This document shows, one piece after another, positions 1 to 9,173 of a DNA stretch of 29,380 nucleotides. A program made the translations under genes and the position numbers. A model generated the notes under the pieces. The model saw nothing but the letters and a program-made list of their open reading frames with translations, had not been told where the DNA came from and searched no databases. Positions within the stretch are counted from its first letter, which is position 1. Each line of letters starts with the position of its first letter. Source of the stretch: an uncultured Nitrosopumilales archaeon (GTDB lineage: Archaea > Thermoproteota > Nitrososphaeria > Nitrososphaerales > CAYNJB01); the NCBI GenBank assembly GCA_964397515.1, contig CAYNJB010000001.1:1-29380 (forward strand). Direction: 5' to 3'.

Positions 1-1
1 A

Positions 2-1342
2 TGCGACGAAAACGGGCCTATTGTGATGATGATTACCAATGTAAATGTAGATGCCCAAGCTGGAGTAGTAGCAACAGGTCGTCTTTTTTCTGGAACAGTT
101 AAAAGTGGAGAAAGAGTACATCTTTTAGGTGCAAAAAGAGAAGGACGTATTCAATCAGTAAACATGTTCATGGGTCCATATCGTGAGATAATAGGTGAAA
201 TTGGACCAGGAAACATCCCAGCGTTATTAGGATTAGAATATGCAAGAGCAGGTGAAACTATATCATCAATAAATAATATTACATCATTTGAGTCTATTAA
301 ATATGTATCAGAACCAGTTGTAACAATTGCGGTAGAATCAAAGCATCCTAGAGATTTACCAAAACTAGTTGAAGCGCTTCGAAAAATTAGTATAGAAGAT
401 CCAAATCTTGTTGTTAGAATTAATGAGGAGTCGGGAGAGATGCTTCTTGCAGGTATGGGAGTTCTCCACTTGGAAATAGCAACAACACTGCTTCAACAAC
501 AAGATCTTGAAATTATAACATCTCAACCATTGATTAATTACCGTGAGACAGTTAGAGGGTCAGCAGGACCAGTTATGTCAAAATCACCTAATAGACATAA
601 TAAGATATTTATGAAAGTTGAGCCGTTAAAAGAGGATATTGTTGAACTAATCCGAACAGGCCGAATAGGTGAAAACATGGATAAAAAGGAAGTTGCAAAG
701 ATTCTCAGGGAGAAAGGATGGGATGCGACTGAAGCTAAGAGTATCGTCGCCTTCGATGAAAGGGGTAATGTTTTATTGGATCTTACTAAAGGAGTACAAT
801 TCTTGCAAGAGTCACTGGATTCTATAAGAGCAGGGTTTGTAGATGTTCTTCTCTCAGGAGCATTGGCTCACGAATATACCAGAGGTGTTAAGCTTATGTT
901 GCATCATTATGTTCCTCATGAGGATCCTGCACATAGGACATACGCTCAACTTATGCCAGCTTCTAGAAGATCAATATTAGGCTCCATTCTTTCAGCTGAC
1001 CCGATACTACTTGAACCATTATTAGGAATTGAGGTAAGATGTCCAACAGACCTAATTGGTGCAGTAGCTGGAGTGATTTCATCTAAAAGAGGAAAAATGT
1101 TGAATGTAAATCAAAAAGAAGTTATGGCAATAATAGACGGTGAGATACCTGCTTCAGAAACCTTTGATATATCAGAAGTTATGAGGGGGGCGACTGCCGG
1201 TAAAGCGATATGGAACACACATTTTAAGTCTTGGACAGCAGTTCCTAATTCAATGATGACTAACTTGGTAAGGAAAATTCGGAAGAGGAAAGGGCTTCCA
1301 GTAGAGCCGCCTAACCCCAATGAGTTCATAGACAAAGAATAA
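2..1342 (+). CDS. fusA: Translation elongation factor 2 (aEF-2), C-terminal part, 5'-truncated by the window edge
   Basis: Frame is open from position 2 (CDENGPIVMMIT...), so the GTG at 23 is internal. EF-2 domain II-V motifs: GRLFSGT, EPVVTIAVE, EDP, GMGVLHLE, YRETV, SPNRHN, HEDPAHR diphthamide loop, LLEP, MRGATAGKA. Confidence 0.97.
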   Translation, partial: CDENGPIVMMITNVNVDAQAGVVATGRLFSGTVKSGERVHLLGAKREGRIQSVNMFMGPYREIIGEIGPGNIPALLGLEYARAGETISSINNITSFESIKYVSEPVVTIAVESKHPRDLPKLVEALRKISIEDPNLVVRINEESGEMLLAGMGVLHLEIATTLLQQQDLEIITSQPLINYRETVRGSAGPVMSKSPNRHNKIFMKVEPLKEDIVELIRTGRIGENMDKKEVAKILREKGWDATEAKSIVAFDERGNVLLDLTKGVQFLQESLDSIRAGFVDVLLSGALAHEYTRGVKLMLHHYVPHEDPAHRTYAQLMPASRRSILGSILSADPILLEPLLGIEVRCPTDLIGAVAGVISSKRGKMLNVNQKEVMAIIDGEIPASETFDISEVMRGATAGKAIWNTHFKSWTAVPNSMMTNLVRKIRKRKGLPVEPPNPNEFIDKE

Positions 1343-1355
1343 TCATTTTAATAAA

Positions 1356-1907
1356 TTAGATCAGATCTAATAACATCTTTACCGAAGGTTCTTCTATATG
1401 AACAGCTGCTGATTCTTTGAAAGATAGAAGCGAATTATTTTGAGAGTGTGAATCATAATATTCTTGAGATTGGATAGCCATCTCAAAAGCGTCAAGTTCA
1501 TGTAATATTTTCGCTTCCTTTGTTTTTCCAGCTATAAATTCATCCCAAATAGTCTTGTATCTATTACGTATTGTTAACGGAAATTTAGAAAAAATTTCAG
1601 CGGTTGCCAGTTTTTCTTCTGTTTCCTTGTTTCGACCTCTTCTAATTTGAGTAGGAGTAATATCACCGGTTACAGCCTCAGATAAATCATGGATTAGCGC
1701 CATTCTCATCATACGATCAGCATCAAGACCTAAAATATCTCCAATAAGAGCTGCTAGAATAGTAACTCGATAACTATGGTCTGCTACTGACTCTGGATCA
1801 GATATGTTAGCTTTCTCGACCCAACCGGCGCGAACAGTTTTTTTTAATTTCCCTGCTAAATATAAAATATCTATTAGAGATTTAGCCGTTTTTTTATTCA
1901 TCAACAT
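1356..1907 (-). CDS. HD-domain phosphohydrolase (YfbR/HDDC2-like 5'-deoxynucleotidase family)
   Basis: LKKTVRAGW, ESVADHSY, IHDLSEAVTGDI and late ELD Asp form the H..HD..D pattern of the HDDC2/YfbR family; 183 aa. Confidence 0.88.
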   Translation of the reverse strand: MLMNKKTAKSLIDILYLAGKLKKTVRAGWVEKANISDPESVADHSYRVTILAALIGDILGLDADRMMRMALIHDLSEAVTGDITPTQIRRGRNKETEEKLATAEIFSKFPLTIRNRYKTIWDEFIAGKTKEAKILHELDAFEMAIQSQEYYDSHSQNNSLLSFKESAAVHIEEPSVKMLLDLI

Positions 1908-2039
1908 ATGTTATAATGATATAAGATAAGCATTTTTTAATCCATCATTATTTCCAACTGATTCTATAGTTATTTACATAGAATTATCAAGTATACTATT
2001 TCTCATTCATATAAGCCTGTTTTGTAATAGAGTGGATCA

Positions 2040-2816
2040 TTAAATTGAGAGTACAATAAATAAGATTGATGCAAAAAATAATAGTCCCCAAACAACTTTA
2101 TTCCAAGCAAAGATTTTTTGTCCATCAAAAATTCCAAAAGGAATTAGGTTAAAGAAAGCAATTATTGAGTTGACGTAAATTCCGAATTGTATGATAGTAT
2201 AAAGAGAATATTGATTAGGAAGAATAAATAGACTAATTATATACAGAATCCCGATTATCATGAAATTTGTTATGGGGCCGACAAAAGCTATTTTCCCTAT
2301 AACGTTTTTATCTCCATAGCCTGAGATCATTACTGCACCAGGCGCTATTATCTTAAAAGGTGAGATTATACTGATTAGAGTTATTAAAGCACCGAATGGA
2401 GATATTTGAAACTTTGCTAAAAGTCCATACTTTTGAGCAGCATATTTGTGAGCTAATTCATGCATGATGAATGAGAAGAAAAATATTAAACCTGTTCCAC
2501 CCATTAACCAGATAGAACCGCTCCAGTTTGTTAGTGATAAACCAACTAGCATAACTAAAATTGAGCCGATGAACAAATGCAGAATTTCCGGTTGGAATAA
2601 AATATATGTTTTCCACTCGGATTTAACACTAAAATCTTTAAACTTATTTTGTGAAGATGAAGGATTAAACCTAGGTTTGAGTTGAGGTGGATTTGCTAGC
2701 CATAAATTATGACATTTATGGTTTTCAGGAAGTCGATGCTCTCCGCAAAATATTTCCCCGCAGTATGAACATTTGAAGGGAAGAACTTCATCATTTTCAC
2801 ATATACTGCATTTCAA
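2040..2816 (-). CDS. AN1-type zinc finger fused to an M50 (site-2) intramembrane metalloprotease
   Basis: N-terminus C-x2-C-x9-C-x2-C-x4-C-x2-H-x5-H-x-C (AN1 pattern); HELAH (HExxH) and NLIPFGIFDG (NxxPxxxxDG) in hydrophobic segments; TTG start with GAGGA 7 nt upstream. Confidence 0.9.
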   Translation of the reverse strand: MKCSICENDEVLPFKCSYCGEIFCGEHRLPENHKCHNLWLANPPQLKPRFNPSSSQNKFKDFSVKSEWKTYILFQPEILHLFIGSILVMLVGLSLTNWSGSIWLMGGTGLIFFFSFIMHELAHKYAAQKYGLLAKFQISPFGALITLISIISPFKIIAPGAVMISGYGDKNVIGKIAFVGPITNFMIIGILYIISLFILPNQYSLYTIIQFGIYVNSIIAFFNLIPFGIFDGQKIFAWNKVVWGLLFFASILFIVLSI

Positions 2817-2874
2817 AGCATTATCCTCTACGCTTAATTAAAAATACATGGTTTAAGTTTTTCAATAAAGTAAA

Positions 2875-3537
2875 TCAAGATTCATTTATTGAGTTGATTA
2901 ATGGTACAAATATACATTCACAAATATCAAATGTTTCGAATTCCGTTAAAGATAATCTTTTTATTTTTTTTAGCGTTTGTGTCAATCGTCCACCAATCGG
3001 AATTAGTAAAAATCCATTTTTTTTAACTTGTTTTTTTAATAAAAGTGGAACATGAGATGCTGCTGCTGTGACAACAATCCGGTCATATAATGGTTCTTCA
3101 GATTTTGGAGGATATCCTAAAGATCCATCACCAAGAATGACATTAACTCGATTTGAGTAACCGGAACGATCTAAGTTTCTTTTTGCAAAATTTACTAAAT
3201 AAGGTATTCTTTCGATAGATATTACTGATCCAGTTTTTCCAACAATTTCAGCGGTTAAGGCAGCAGAATATCCACTTCCACATCCAACTTCAAGGATTTT
3301 CTGACCAGGTGATAATTCAAGTGCTTCAAGCATTATTGCCACCATATGTGGTGCAGAGATCGTTTGCTTAGTATCAAATAAAGGGAGAGGGTTGTCAATA
3401 TGTGCGTTCTCACGTTCATCATTGGGGACAAAATAATCTCTAGGAACTTGTGTGAAAACTTTCTCCACAATTTTAGATTTAATGATACCTTGTTTAATCA
3501 GCGACTTTACGAGGTTTTCACGTCTTGTTGAGCGCAT
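2875..3537 (-). CDS. pcm: Protein-L-isoaspartate O-methyltransferase
   Basis: VPRDYFV, QTISAPHMVA, LEVGCGSGY (SAM motif I), GDGSLGY, YDRIVVTAAA, FVPL. Confidence 0.95.
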   Translation of the reverse strand: MRSTRRENLVKSLIKQGIIKSKIVEKVFTQVPRDYFVPNDERENAHIDNPLPLFDTKQTISAPHMVAIMLEALELSPGQKILEVGCGSGYSAALTAEIVGKTGSVISIERIPYLVNFAKRNLDRSGYSNRVNVILGDGSLGYPPKSEEPLYDRIVVTAAASHVPLLLKKQVKKNGFLLIPIGGRLTQTLKKIKRLSLTEFETFDICECIFVPLINSINES

Positions 3538-3567
3538 ATGTTAAACAACCTGTTAATATTGGATCTC

Positions 3568-3575
3568 TTTTATAA
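3568..3575 (-). promoter_or_regulatory. Putative TATA box for pcm
   Basis: TTATAAAA on the minus strand, ending 30 nt upstream of the pcm ATG. Position fits an archaeal core promoter, but the AT-rich context makes chance matches common. Confidence 0.4.
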
Positions 3576-3614
3576 TAATTATCTTTAATATATTTATATT
3601 GATTACAACTGTAG

Positions 3615-3638
3615 AGAATGTCTATAAAAAAACATTCT
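3615..3638 (-). terminator. Possible terminator after fen1: T7 tract within a 7-bp inverted repeat
   Basis: AGAATGT (3615-3621) / ACATTCT (3632-3638); on the minus strand a T7 run spans 3632-3626, about 20 nt after the fen1 stop. Confidence 0.35.
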
Positions 3639-3653
3639 AAAGAGAAACAATAG

Positions 3654-4679
3654 TTAATTTATCCATTTCTCAAGACTGTTGGATATTTTCTTTTTTGATT
3701 CTGTCAATTTAACAATTGAAGATCTTATCCGTTCCTCTGAGAAATCTCGGTCTTTGGATAAGAAGTTAAGTAAGCCATCTTCATCAATATCATTCCAAGA
3801 AAAAGGTGGTGGAGAAATAACTTTTGGATTAAGGAAAATATCTCGGATTGATTCATAATTTATTTCTTTAAGCGCTTGTTTAATATCCGGTATTTTTTCT
3901 AAACATCTATACGATTTAATATATTTTATAGCTTTAGCAGGGCCAATGCCTTTGAATCCTCCTGGGTTAAAATCTGTGCCCAAGAGAATGCCAAAATCAA
4001 CTAATTGTTCCCTTGAGAGTTGAAGGCTGGATAGTACGTTTTGCAAAGTTAGTTCTTCTGGAGACAAAATAATGTAAATAGGCCTATTTGGGAGCTTTCT
4101 TTTCCCAGAGATTGTAATGTTCCTTAACAGTCTTTTTGCCCCGAATAGAATTGAGTCATAATCTTGGCTAACTGCATCAGTCGCTAAACCGATATTTGTT
4201 AGGTGAGCAGCAGTAGCTTCACCTTCAGAGGGGGCGTCAATCCAAGGTATACCTAAAAGTTGAAGTAAAGTTTTAGTGTCTTCAATCATATAGTTTCTAA
4301 GAACTGAAGTTGCTTGAGCATGTTTTTTTGCTTCTTTGAATTTACCTTTTGACAAAGCTTCTGTTAGTTTTATTTCAGCTTTTTCCTTAATTTTATGTCT
4401 ACGTGTAATTTCTGTTGATTTTAATTCAGATGGAGGCCCATCAAAAATATATACGGGTTTTATGTTCAAAGATAAGAGATTAACTGTTCGATAAAAAATT
4501 CCACTAAGATGACTAGTCACCCTGCCTTCATGGTCTCGAAGGGGTTCTCCTGCTTCACCTCGGATTATTGAAAGGAATTGATATAGAGCATTATAAGCAT
4601 CAATAGCAAAAATCCTACTAGACAGTGATTCTAAAGATACTTTCTTTCGTTGAACTATATCTCCAAGATTCACACCCAA
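3654..4679 (-). CDS. fen: Flap endonuclease 1
   Basis: MGV start, AIDAYNALYQFLSIIR, PVYIFDG, APSEGEA, SQDYDSILFG, GTDFN, GIGPAKA, C-terminal PIP-like SNSLEKWI; TTG start with GTGA 7 nt upstream. Confidence 0.97.
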   Translation of the reverse strand: MGVNLGDIVQRKKVSLESLSSRIFAIDAYNALYQFLSIIRGEAGEPLRDHEGRVTSHLSGIFYRTVNLLSLNIKPVYIFDGPPSELKSTEITRRHKIKEKAEIKLTEALSKGKFKEAKKHAQATSVLRNYMIEDTKTLLQLLGIPWIDAPSEGEATAAHLTNIGLATDAVSQDYDSILFGAKRLLRNITISGKRKLPNRPIYIILSPEELTLQNVLSSLQLSREQLVDFGILLGTDFNPGGFKGIGPAKAIKYIKSYRCLEKIPDIKQALKEINYESIRDIFLNPKVISPPPFSWNDIDEDGLLNFLSKDRDFSEERIRSSIVKLTESKKKISNSLEKWIN

Positions 4680-4759
4680 GACACAGTCACATGTTTATCA
4701 GAAACAAGATACATTTATGTTTGTTCTAATTTAGTGATTTTTGAAGATTGAGAAGGTGT

Positions 4760-4981
4760 TTAATTATCTTTGGATTCCAATATTTCTATTCTTCGCTTAT
4801 CTTTCCCAGTCCAGCGTACTGTTATAAGTCCCATAATCTCTAAGCTTAATAGAATTTTATTAAGGGTACTCATAGTAATCGTTGTGCCTTTTTTAGAGAG
4901 ATCGTTGATAAGGTCTACGTCAGATATGTTTTTTGCATGTTTTACTTTTTCGTAGATATAGTTTTTCAAGGAGATTTCCAA
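4760..4981 (-). CDS. Small winged-helix-like protein between cdc48 and fen1
   Basis: 73 aa; helix-rich body then LNKILLSLEIMGLITVRW...RRIE (recognition helix plus beta-wing). Fold call is by pattern only. Confidence 0.65.
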   Translation of the reverse strand: MEISLKNYIYEKVKHAKNISDVDLINDLSKKGTTITMSTLNKILLSLEIMGLITVRWTGKDKRRIEILESKDN

Positions 4982-5070
4982 ATTAATGCGCCTAAGAAAT
5001 TCTTCAGTATTCAGTTCATATTTGTCCCTATTTTAGTTTTCGGTAACAATATTGAAGTTTTTATTAGAGC

Positions 5071-7284
5071 TTAACCATAGAAGCTTTGTTTGGATTTTTT
5101 AGGAATATGTACATTTAGATTCTGAGAAATCGAAGAATACCACGATTCAACTTCTTTTGTTATTGAAGGCCTTACATTATCTAAAGCATATTTGAAATCA
5201 GACAAGTCTACTTTATTTGAGAGGTTAGTTGTTCTAATAGCATTTATCCCTGCTGTTCTAACAAGAGATTGAAGATCCGCACCGGTATATCCTTCAGTAT
5301 CTCGAGCAATAATATTAAGAGAGACGTTATTGGCTAAACTCATTTTTGATGTGATTAGTTTTAGAATGTCATACCTGCCTTTTTCGTCAGGCGGTGGTAC
5401 AAAAATTAACAGATCAAGTCTACCTGGTCGCAAGATCGATATATCTAATAGATCAGGCCTATTTGTGGCGGCTAAAACGAAGAGACCTGGAATGTTCATA
5501 GATGCGTCTGTCTCGGTAAGTAATTGGCTTAATACTCTCTCAGATGTAGATGAATCAGTCCCATCAACTGATCTTGAACGAACTATAGAATCAACTTCAT
5601 CTAAGAAGATAATACAAGGAGTTGAGGATTTTGCTTTCCGAAATATGTCTCTTATCGCTTTCTCTGATTCTCCAACCCATTTTGATAAGACTTCGGGTCC
5701 CCTTATTGTTATGAAGTTTGCTCCGCTTTCGTGAGCTAAAGCTTGAGCGAGCAATGTTTTTCCACATCCTGACGGTCCGTACATAAGGACTCCTGAGGCT
5801 GGCTTGATTCCGATTTTCTTGAATCGTTCAGGATGATTGATTGACCAAATAACGTTTTCTTTAAGACTCTGCTTGATTTTTTCAAGACCGCCTACTTGAT
5901 CCCAGGTTATTCTAGGGGTATCAACGTAGAATTCCCTTAACGCGCTTTGGACTATTTCCCTCATAGCTTCTTTAAAGTCATCAAAATTTACTTCAATCTT
6001 TTCAAGTAGTTCAGATGGGATTTTTTCCGCATAATCTATATCAGGGATGAATCGCCTCATAGCTTTAAGTGCCGCCTCACGGGTTAACGCTTGAATATCG
6101 GCGCCAGAATATCCATGAAGAATACCTGAGAGAGAGACTAAATCAACTTCTTTTGATAGGGGCATTCCCCTTGTATAGATAGTTAATATCTCAAGTCGTG
6201 ATGAGGGATTAGGTACACCAATATCAACTTCACGATCAAATCGACCAGGCCTTCTTAAAGCAGAGTCAACAGAGTCTAGTCTATTTGTGGCACCAATGAC
6301 AATAACCGATCTTCGTTCTGAAATTCCATCCATTAAGGCAAGAAGTTGAGCTACTACTCTTTTTTCAACATCTCCAACTACATCGTCTCTTTTTGGAGCT
6401 ATGGAGTCAATCTCATCAATAAAGATAATACTTGGGGTGTTTCCCTTAGCTTCCTTGAATATTTCTCTCAAACGAGCCTCCGTTTCACCATAATATTTAT
6501 TCATGATCTCTGGACCGCTAACTGAGAAGAAGCTTGCTTCAGATTCATTTGCCAACGCTCGGGCTATTAGAGTTTTACCGCAACCAGGGGGACCGTGAAG
6601 AAGAACACCTGACGGGGGTTCAATCCCCAAACGTTGAAAAATTTCTGGATGTCTAAGAGGAAGTTCAATAATTTCTCTCAGCCTCTTAATTTCATAATTT
6701 AAGCCGCCTACATCATCGTATGTTACCCTTTGGCCGGTAGATGTAGATTCAATTTCTGTAGATATAGTTATTTTTGTATTTTGATCAATCTTAACTATCC
6801 CTTTTGGATTAACCTTAGCAACTTTAAAGTCAATAGGGTTACCAAGAATCATAACTAAGAGGTCTTGTCCTTCCAAGATAGGAGTGCCTTTTAGTCTATT
6901 TCTAACAAATTGACAGAATTCGTCATCTGTAGTTAATTTGTCATCTAATAATTGAAGAGCAACAGATTTAGCAATCTTCGTTCCCACTTTTTTAACAGTT
7001 ATAGAGTCATTCAGAGCTACGCCGGCGTTTTTCCTTGTCTGGCCATCAATTTTAATAATGTTTTGTGATTTATCATTACTATTACCATTATCATTATCAT
7101 TATCGTTTGGCCAAACTATCGCGACCGCAGATTGTCGTCCTATGAGCTCAACTATAGTTCCCTCGTTTATTCCAAGAAGTATTATAGAATAGGGGTCTAA
7201 TCTAGCTCTAGATTTGCCAATATCTCTCTGATTTGCTTCTGTTACTCGAAGCTGTATTGATCTTATTTTTGGATCGCGAGTCAA
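5071..7284 (-). CDS. cdc48: CDC48/VCP (VAT) double-AAA ATPase
   Basis: N-domain ([14 protein letters not shown]), Walker A GPPGCGKT and GPSGCGKT, Walker B IFIDEID and IFLDEVD, RPGRFDR / RPGRLD Arg fingers; C-terminus ...FYG is an HbYX-type motif; TTG start. Confidence 0.97.
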   Translation of the reverse strand: MTRDPKIRSIQLRVTEANQRDIGKSRARLDPYSIILLGINEGTIVELIGRQSAVAIVWPNDNDNDNGNSNDKSQNIIKIDGQTRKNAGVALNDSITVKKVGTKIAKSVALQLLDDKLTTDDEFCQFVRNRLKGTPILEGQDLLVMILGNPIDFKVAKVNPKGIVKIDQNTKITISTEIESTSTGQRVTYDDVGGLNYEIKRLREIIELPLRHPEIFQRLGIEPPSGVLLHGPPGCGKTLIARALANESEASFFSVSGPEIMNKYYGETEARLREIFKEAKGNTPSIIFIDEIDSIAPKRDDVVGDVEKRVVAQLLALMDGISERRSVIVIGATNRLDSVDSALRRPGRFDREVDIGVPNPSSRLEILTIYTRGMPLSKEVDLVSLSGILHGYSGADIQALTREAALKAMRRFIPDIDYAEKIPSELLEKIEVNFDDFKEAMREIVQSALREFYVDTPRITWDQVGGLEKIKQSLKENVIWSINHPERFKKIGIKPASGVLMYGPSGCGKTLLAQALAHESGANFITIRGPEVLSKWVGESEKAIRDIFRKAKSSTPCIIFLDEVDSIVRSRSVDGTDSSTSERVLSQLLTETDASMNIPGLFVLAATNRPDLLDISILRPGRLDLLIFVPPPDEKGRYDILKLITSKMSLANNVSLNIIARDTEGYTGADLQSLVRTAGINAIRTTNLSNKVDLSDFKYALDNVRPSITKEVESWYSSISQNLNVHIPKKSKQSFYG
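7069..7104. repeat. Degenerate hexanucleotide microsatellite inside cdc48 (ATTATC x3 plus ATTACC, ATTACT, TTTATC)
   Basis: Direct reading; on the minus strand it encodes [12 protein letters not shown]. Confidence 0.75.
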
Positions 7285-7340
7285 AAGACTGGACCTTTTG
7301 AAATCGGTGATCCTAACTTGTATTTAAAATGATAACTTAA

Positions 7341-7622
7341 CTATTTGAGAGTTGTTGATAGGTTACTCATACCTATTACTTCGACTTGACTAACATGATC
7401 TACTTCAGAAATTGTTTTTTCTAATTCGTCAGTTAAGTTTTCTTTTTCGTCCATTGTTGTATCAATTATTAAAACGGATATTCCAAAGGCGATTGGTTCC
7501 TTACGAGTGCTTCTTACTGATATATCTGGAAGTAATTTATCTGCGATCTTCTGAGTAAGATCATCAAGATTAACTTCTACACCGTCAGGAAAGACTTTAA
7601 CTCGTACAAGAAGTTTTGACAT
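7341..7622 (-). CDS. ef1b: Translation elongation factor 1-beta
   Basis: VKVFP, EPIAFGISVL, SQVEV. Start moved from 7652 to the ATG at 7622 (GGTGA 4 nt upstream; 93 aa; removes overlap with the upstream gene). Confidence 0.93.
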   Translation of the reverse strand: MSKLLVRVKVFPDGVEVNLDDLTQKIADKLLPDISVRSTRKEPIAFGISVLIIDTTMDEKENLTDELEKTISEVDHVSQVEVIGMSNLSTTLK

Positions 7623-7632
7623 TTTTTCACCT

Positions 7633-7815
7633 TTAAGGTGCCTCGAATCCACAGTTTACACATTTATAGGTTCTAAAGAATTTGCGGCATTTTTCACATC
7701 GCCAGATTAAAATATCACCACATTCAGGACAATAAAATTTTACCGCTTTCTCCCCAGGCATAATAGGCCTATTACAAGAGGTACATAACGGAAGTTGGAA
7801 TTGATGTTCGGCCAA
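7633..7815 (-). CDS. Small double zinc-finger protein (DUF1610 / HVO_2753-like)
   Basis: CTSC..FYCPECG..IWRCEKCRK..YKCVNCGFEAP; the usual neighbour upstream of archaeal EF-1beta. Confidence 0.9.
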   Translation of the reverse strand: MAEHQFQLPLCTSCNRPIMPGEKAVKFYCPECGDILIWRCEKCRKFFRTYKCVNCGFEAP

Positions 7816-7908
7816 TGTTAAGTCAGGACAGTAAGATAAACATTAGTACATATACTTTTAGAAACGGTAAGGTTTTAATCATGTTATTTGATGTGGATAT
7901 ACGTGTAA

Positions 7909-8118
7909 ATGTCTAAAAATTATTGTCCAGAATGTGGAGCCGATCTTTATTATGATGCGGCAGTTAGAAGATATACTTGTAAAAGCTGTGGATTGTATGC
8001 GACAAAAGATGAAATTAATGATATTAAAGACCGAGAAAGAGATAAGACTGATAGCTATAGGAAAAAGAGAAAATCTCAAGACGAATATCTAGATTGGTGG
8101 CTATCTAAAAAAAAGTAG
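7909..8118 (+). CDS. Small zinc-ribbon protein of unknown function
   Basis: CPECG and CKSCG pairs, charged helix, C-terminal YLDWWL; ATG start, divergent from the DUF1610-ef1b-cdc48 run. Confidence 0.8.
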   Translation: MSKNYCPECGADLYYDAAVRRYTCKSCGLYATKDEINDIKDRERDKTDSYRKKRKSQDEYLDWWLSKKK

Positions 8119-8291
8119 ATATGTTTCTGCGGTCCATCAAGTTACACACATAAAATTTACAATTAATTTATTATTCAAACAGATAATCCACAGCTAAATT
8201 CAAGCTATGAGATTGATTAGTAAATTCTGAGAAATATAATGTATCAAGAAAATTGTATATTATTATTAGCTAAGTAACAATTCTTCATTGA

Positions 8292-8866
8292 TTATTCATT
8301 AATCCAAATAGTTTTTTCCTTGAAAGATATCCGGTAACCTTTTGGAGGAGATATATCAGGGTATCCAATATATAAAAAACCAAAAAGATGTTCTTTATCT
8401 TTTAGTCCGAAAAATTTGTTCACTTTTTTTTTCTCGACACAGCTTTCCCGGTACGTAAAATACTGCCAAGACCTAATGAGTGTGCAACAAGCATCATATT
8501 TTGAGATGAAATTGAAACCGCAGCATATTCTTCTAATTCTTCAATTACAGGATTATTGGATGGAGTGATCGCAATTGCTATAATTACGGGTGCTCTTAGA
8601 GGTTTATTTCTCTCCGCATTCAACTTTAATTTAATTTTAGTCATATCCTGATTTTGCATTTCATCTTCAAGGGCATCGGCCATAGCATCACCTAATCGTT
8701 TAGAGCCTTTCGCCGTTAAAACGAAGAAACGCCAAGGTTCTGTTCGATGATGATTAGGCGCCCACGTTCCGGCCTCGAGGATTTTTTCGATCATTTCATT
8801 TGATGGGGTTATGTTCTTAAATTTACTAATACTTCGCCTAGATTGTATAACACTAAAAACATCCAT
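8292..8866 (-). pseudogene. Nitroreductase family protein (YdjA-like) interrupted by a frameshift at an A9 run: pseudogene, recoded gene or sequence error
   Basis: Frame 0 (8866-8420): SRRSI, APNHHRTEPWRF, RAPVII, QNMMLVAHSLGLGSILRTG, then a stop. The -1 frame (8423-8292) continues VNKFFGLKDKEHLFGFLYIGYPDISPPKGYRISFKEKTIWINE*, the expected family C-terminus. Confidence 0.85.
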
Positions 8867-8894
8867 GCCTTATCGGAGATAATTTATTAATATG

Positions 8895-8910
8895 ATTTAA
8901 AATAGTTTTT
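8895..8910 (-). promoter_or_regulatory. Putative BRE/TATA promoter for the nitroreductase gene
   Basis: AAAAAC (8910-8905) followed by TTTTAAAT (8902-8895), 28 nt upstream of the ATG at 8866. Confidence 0.45.
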
Positions 8911-9020
8911 GTTCATTCCATTGAATATGTTTTTTTAAACTATATTATTTTCTGATGGTATATTGATAATATTTTTTTATAGACCATTCAAGAAGAACTT
9001 TTTAATAATAAATCTTAGAA

Positions 9021-9164
9021 TTAACTAGTATATTTTTGTGGTTGTTTGTCGAATGTTTGTTTACACACGGGAGCACAGAAGTAATATGTTTGTCCTTGAT
9101 ATTCTGATTTGCTTTGTGCAGACTTCTCATCTACGATCATTCCACAAATTGGATCTTTTGCCAT
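9021..9164 (-). CDS. Stand-alone YHS/TRASH-domain protein, putative copper chaperone (47 aa, absent from the ORF track)
   Basis: [47 protein letters not shown]: DPxCGM...YYFC-x3-C...F..xPxKY pattern. Perfect SD GGAGGTGA (9181-9174) overlaps the copA stop, 9 nt before the ATG. Confidence 0.93.
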   Translation of the reverse strand: MAKDPICGMIVDEKSAQSKSEYQGQTYYFCAPVCKQTFDKQPQKYTS

Positions 9165-9173
9165 TTATTATTT

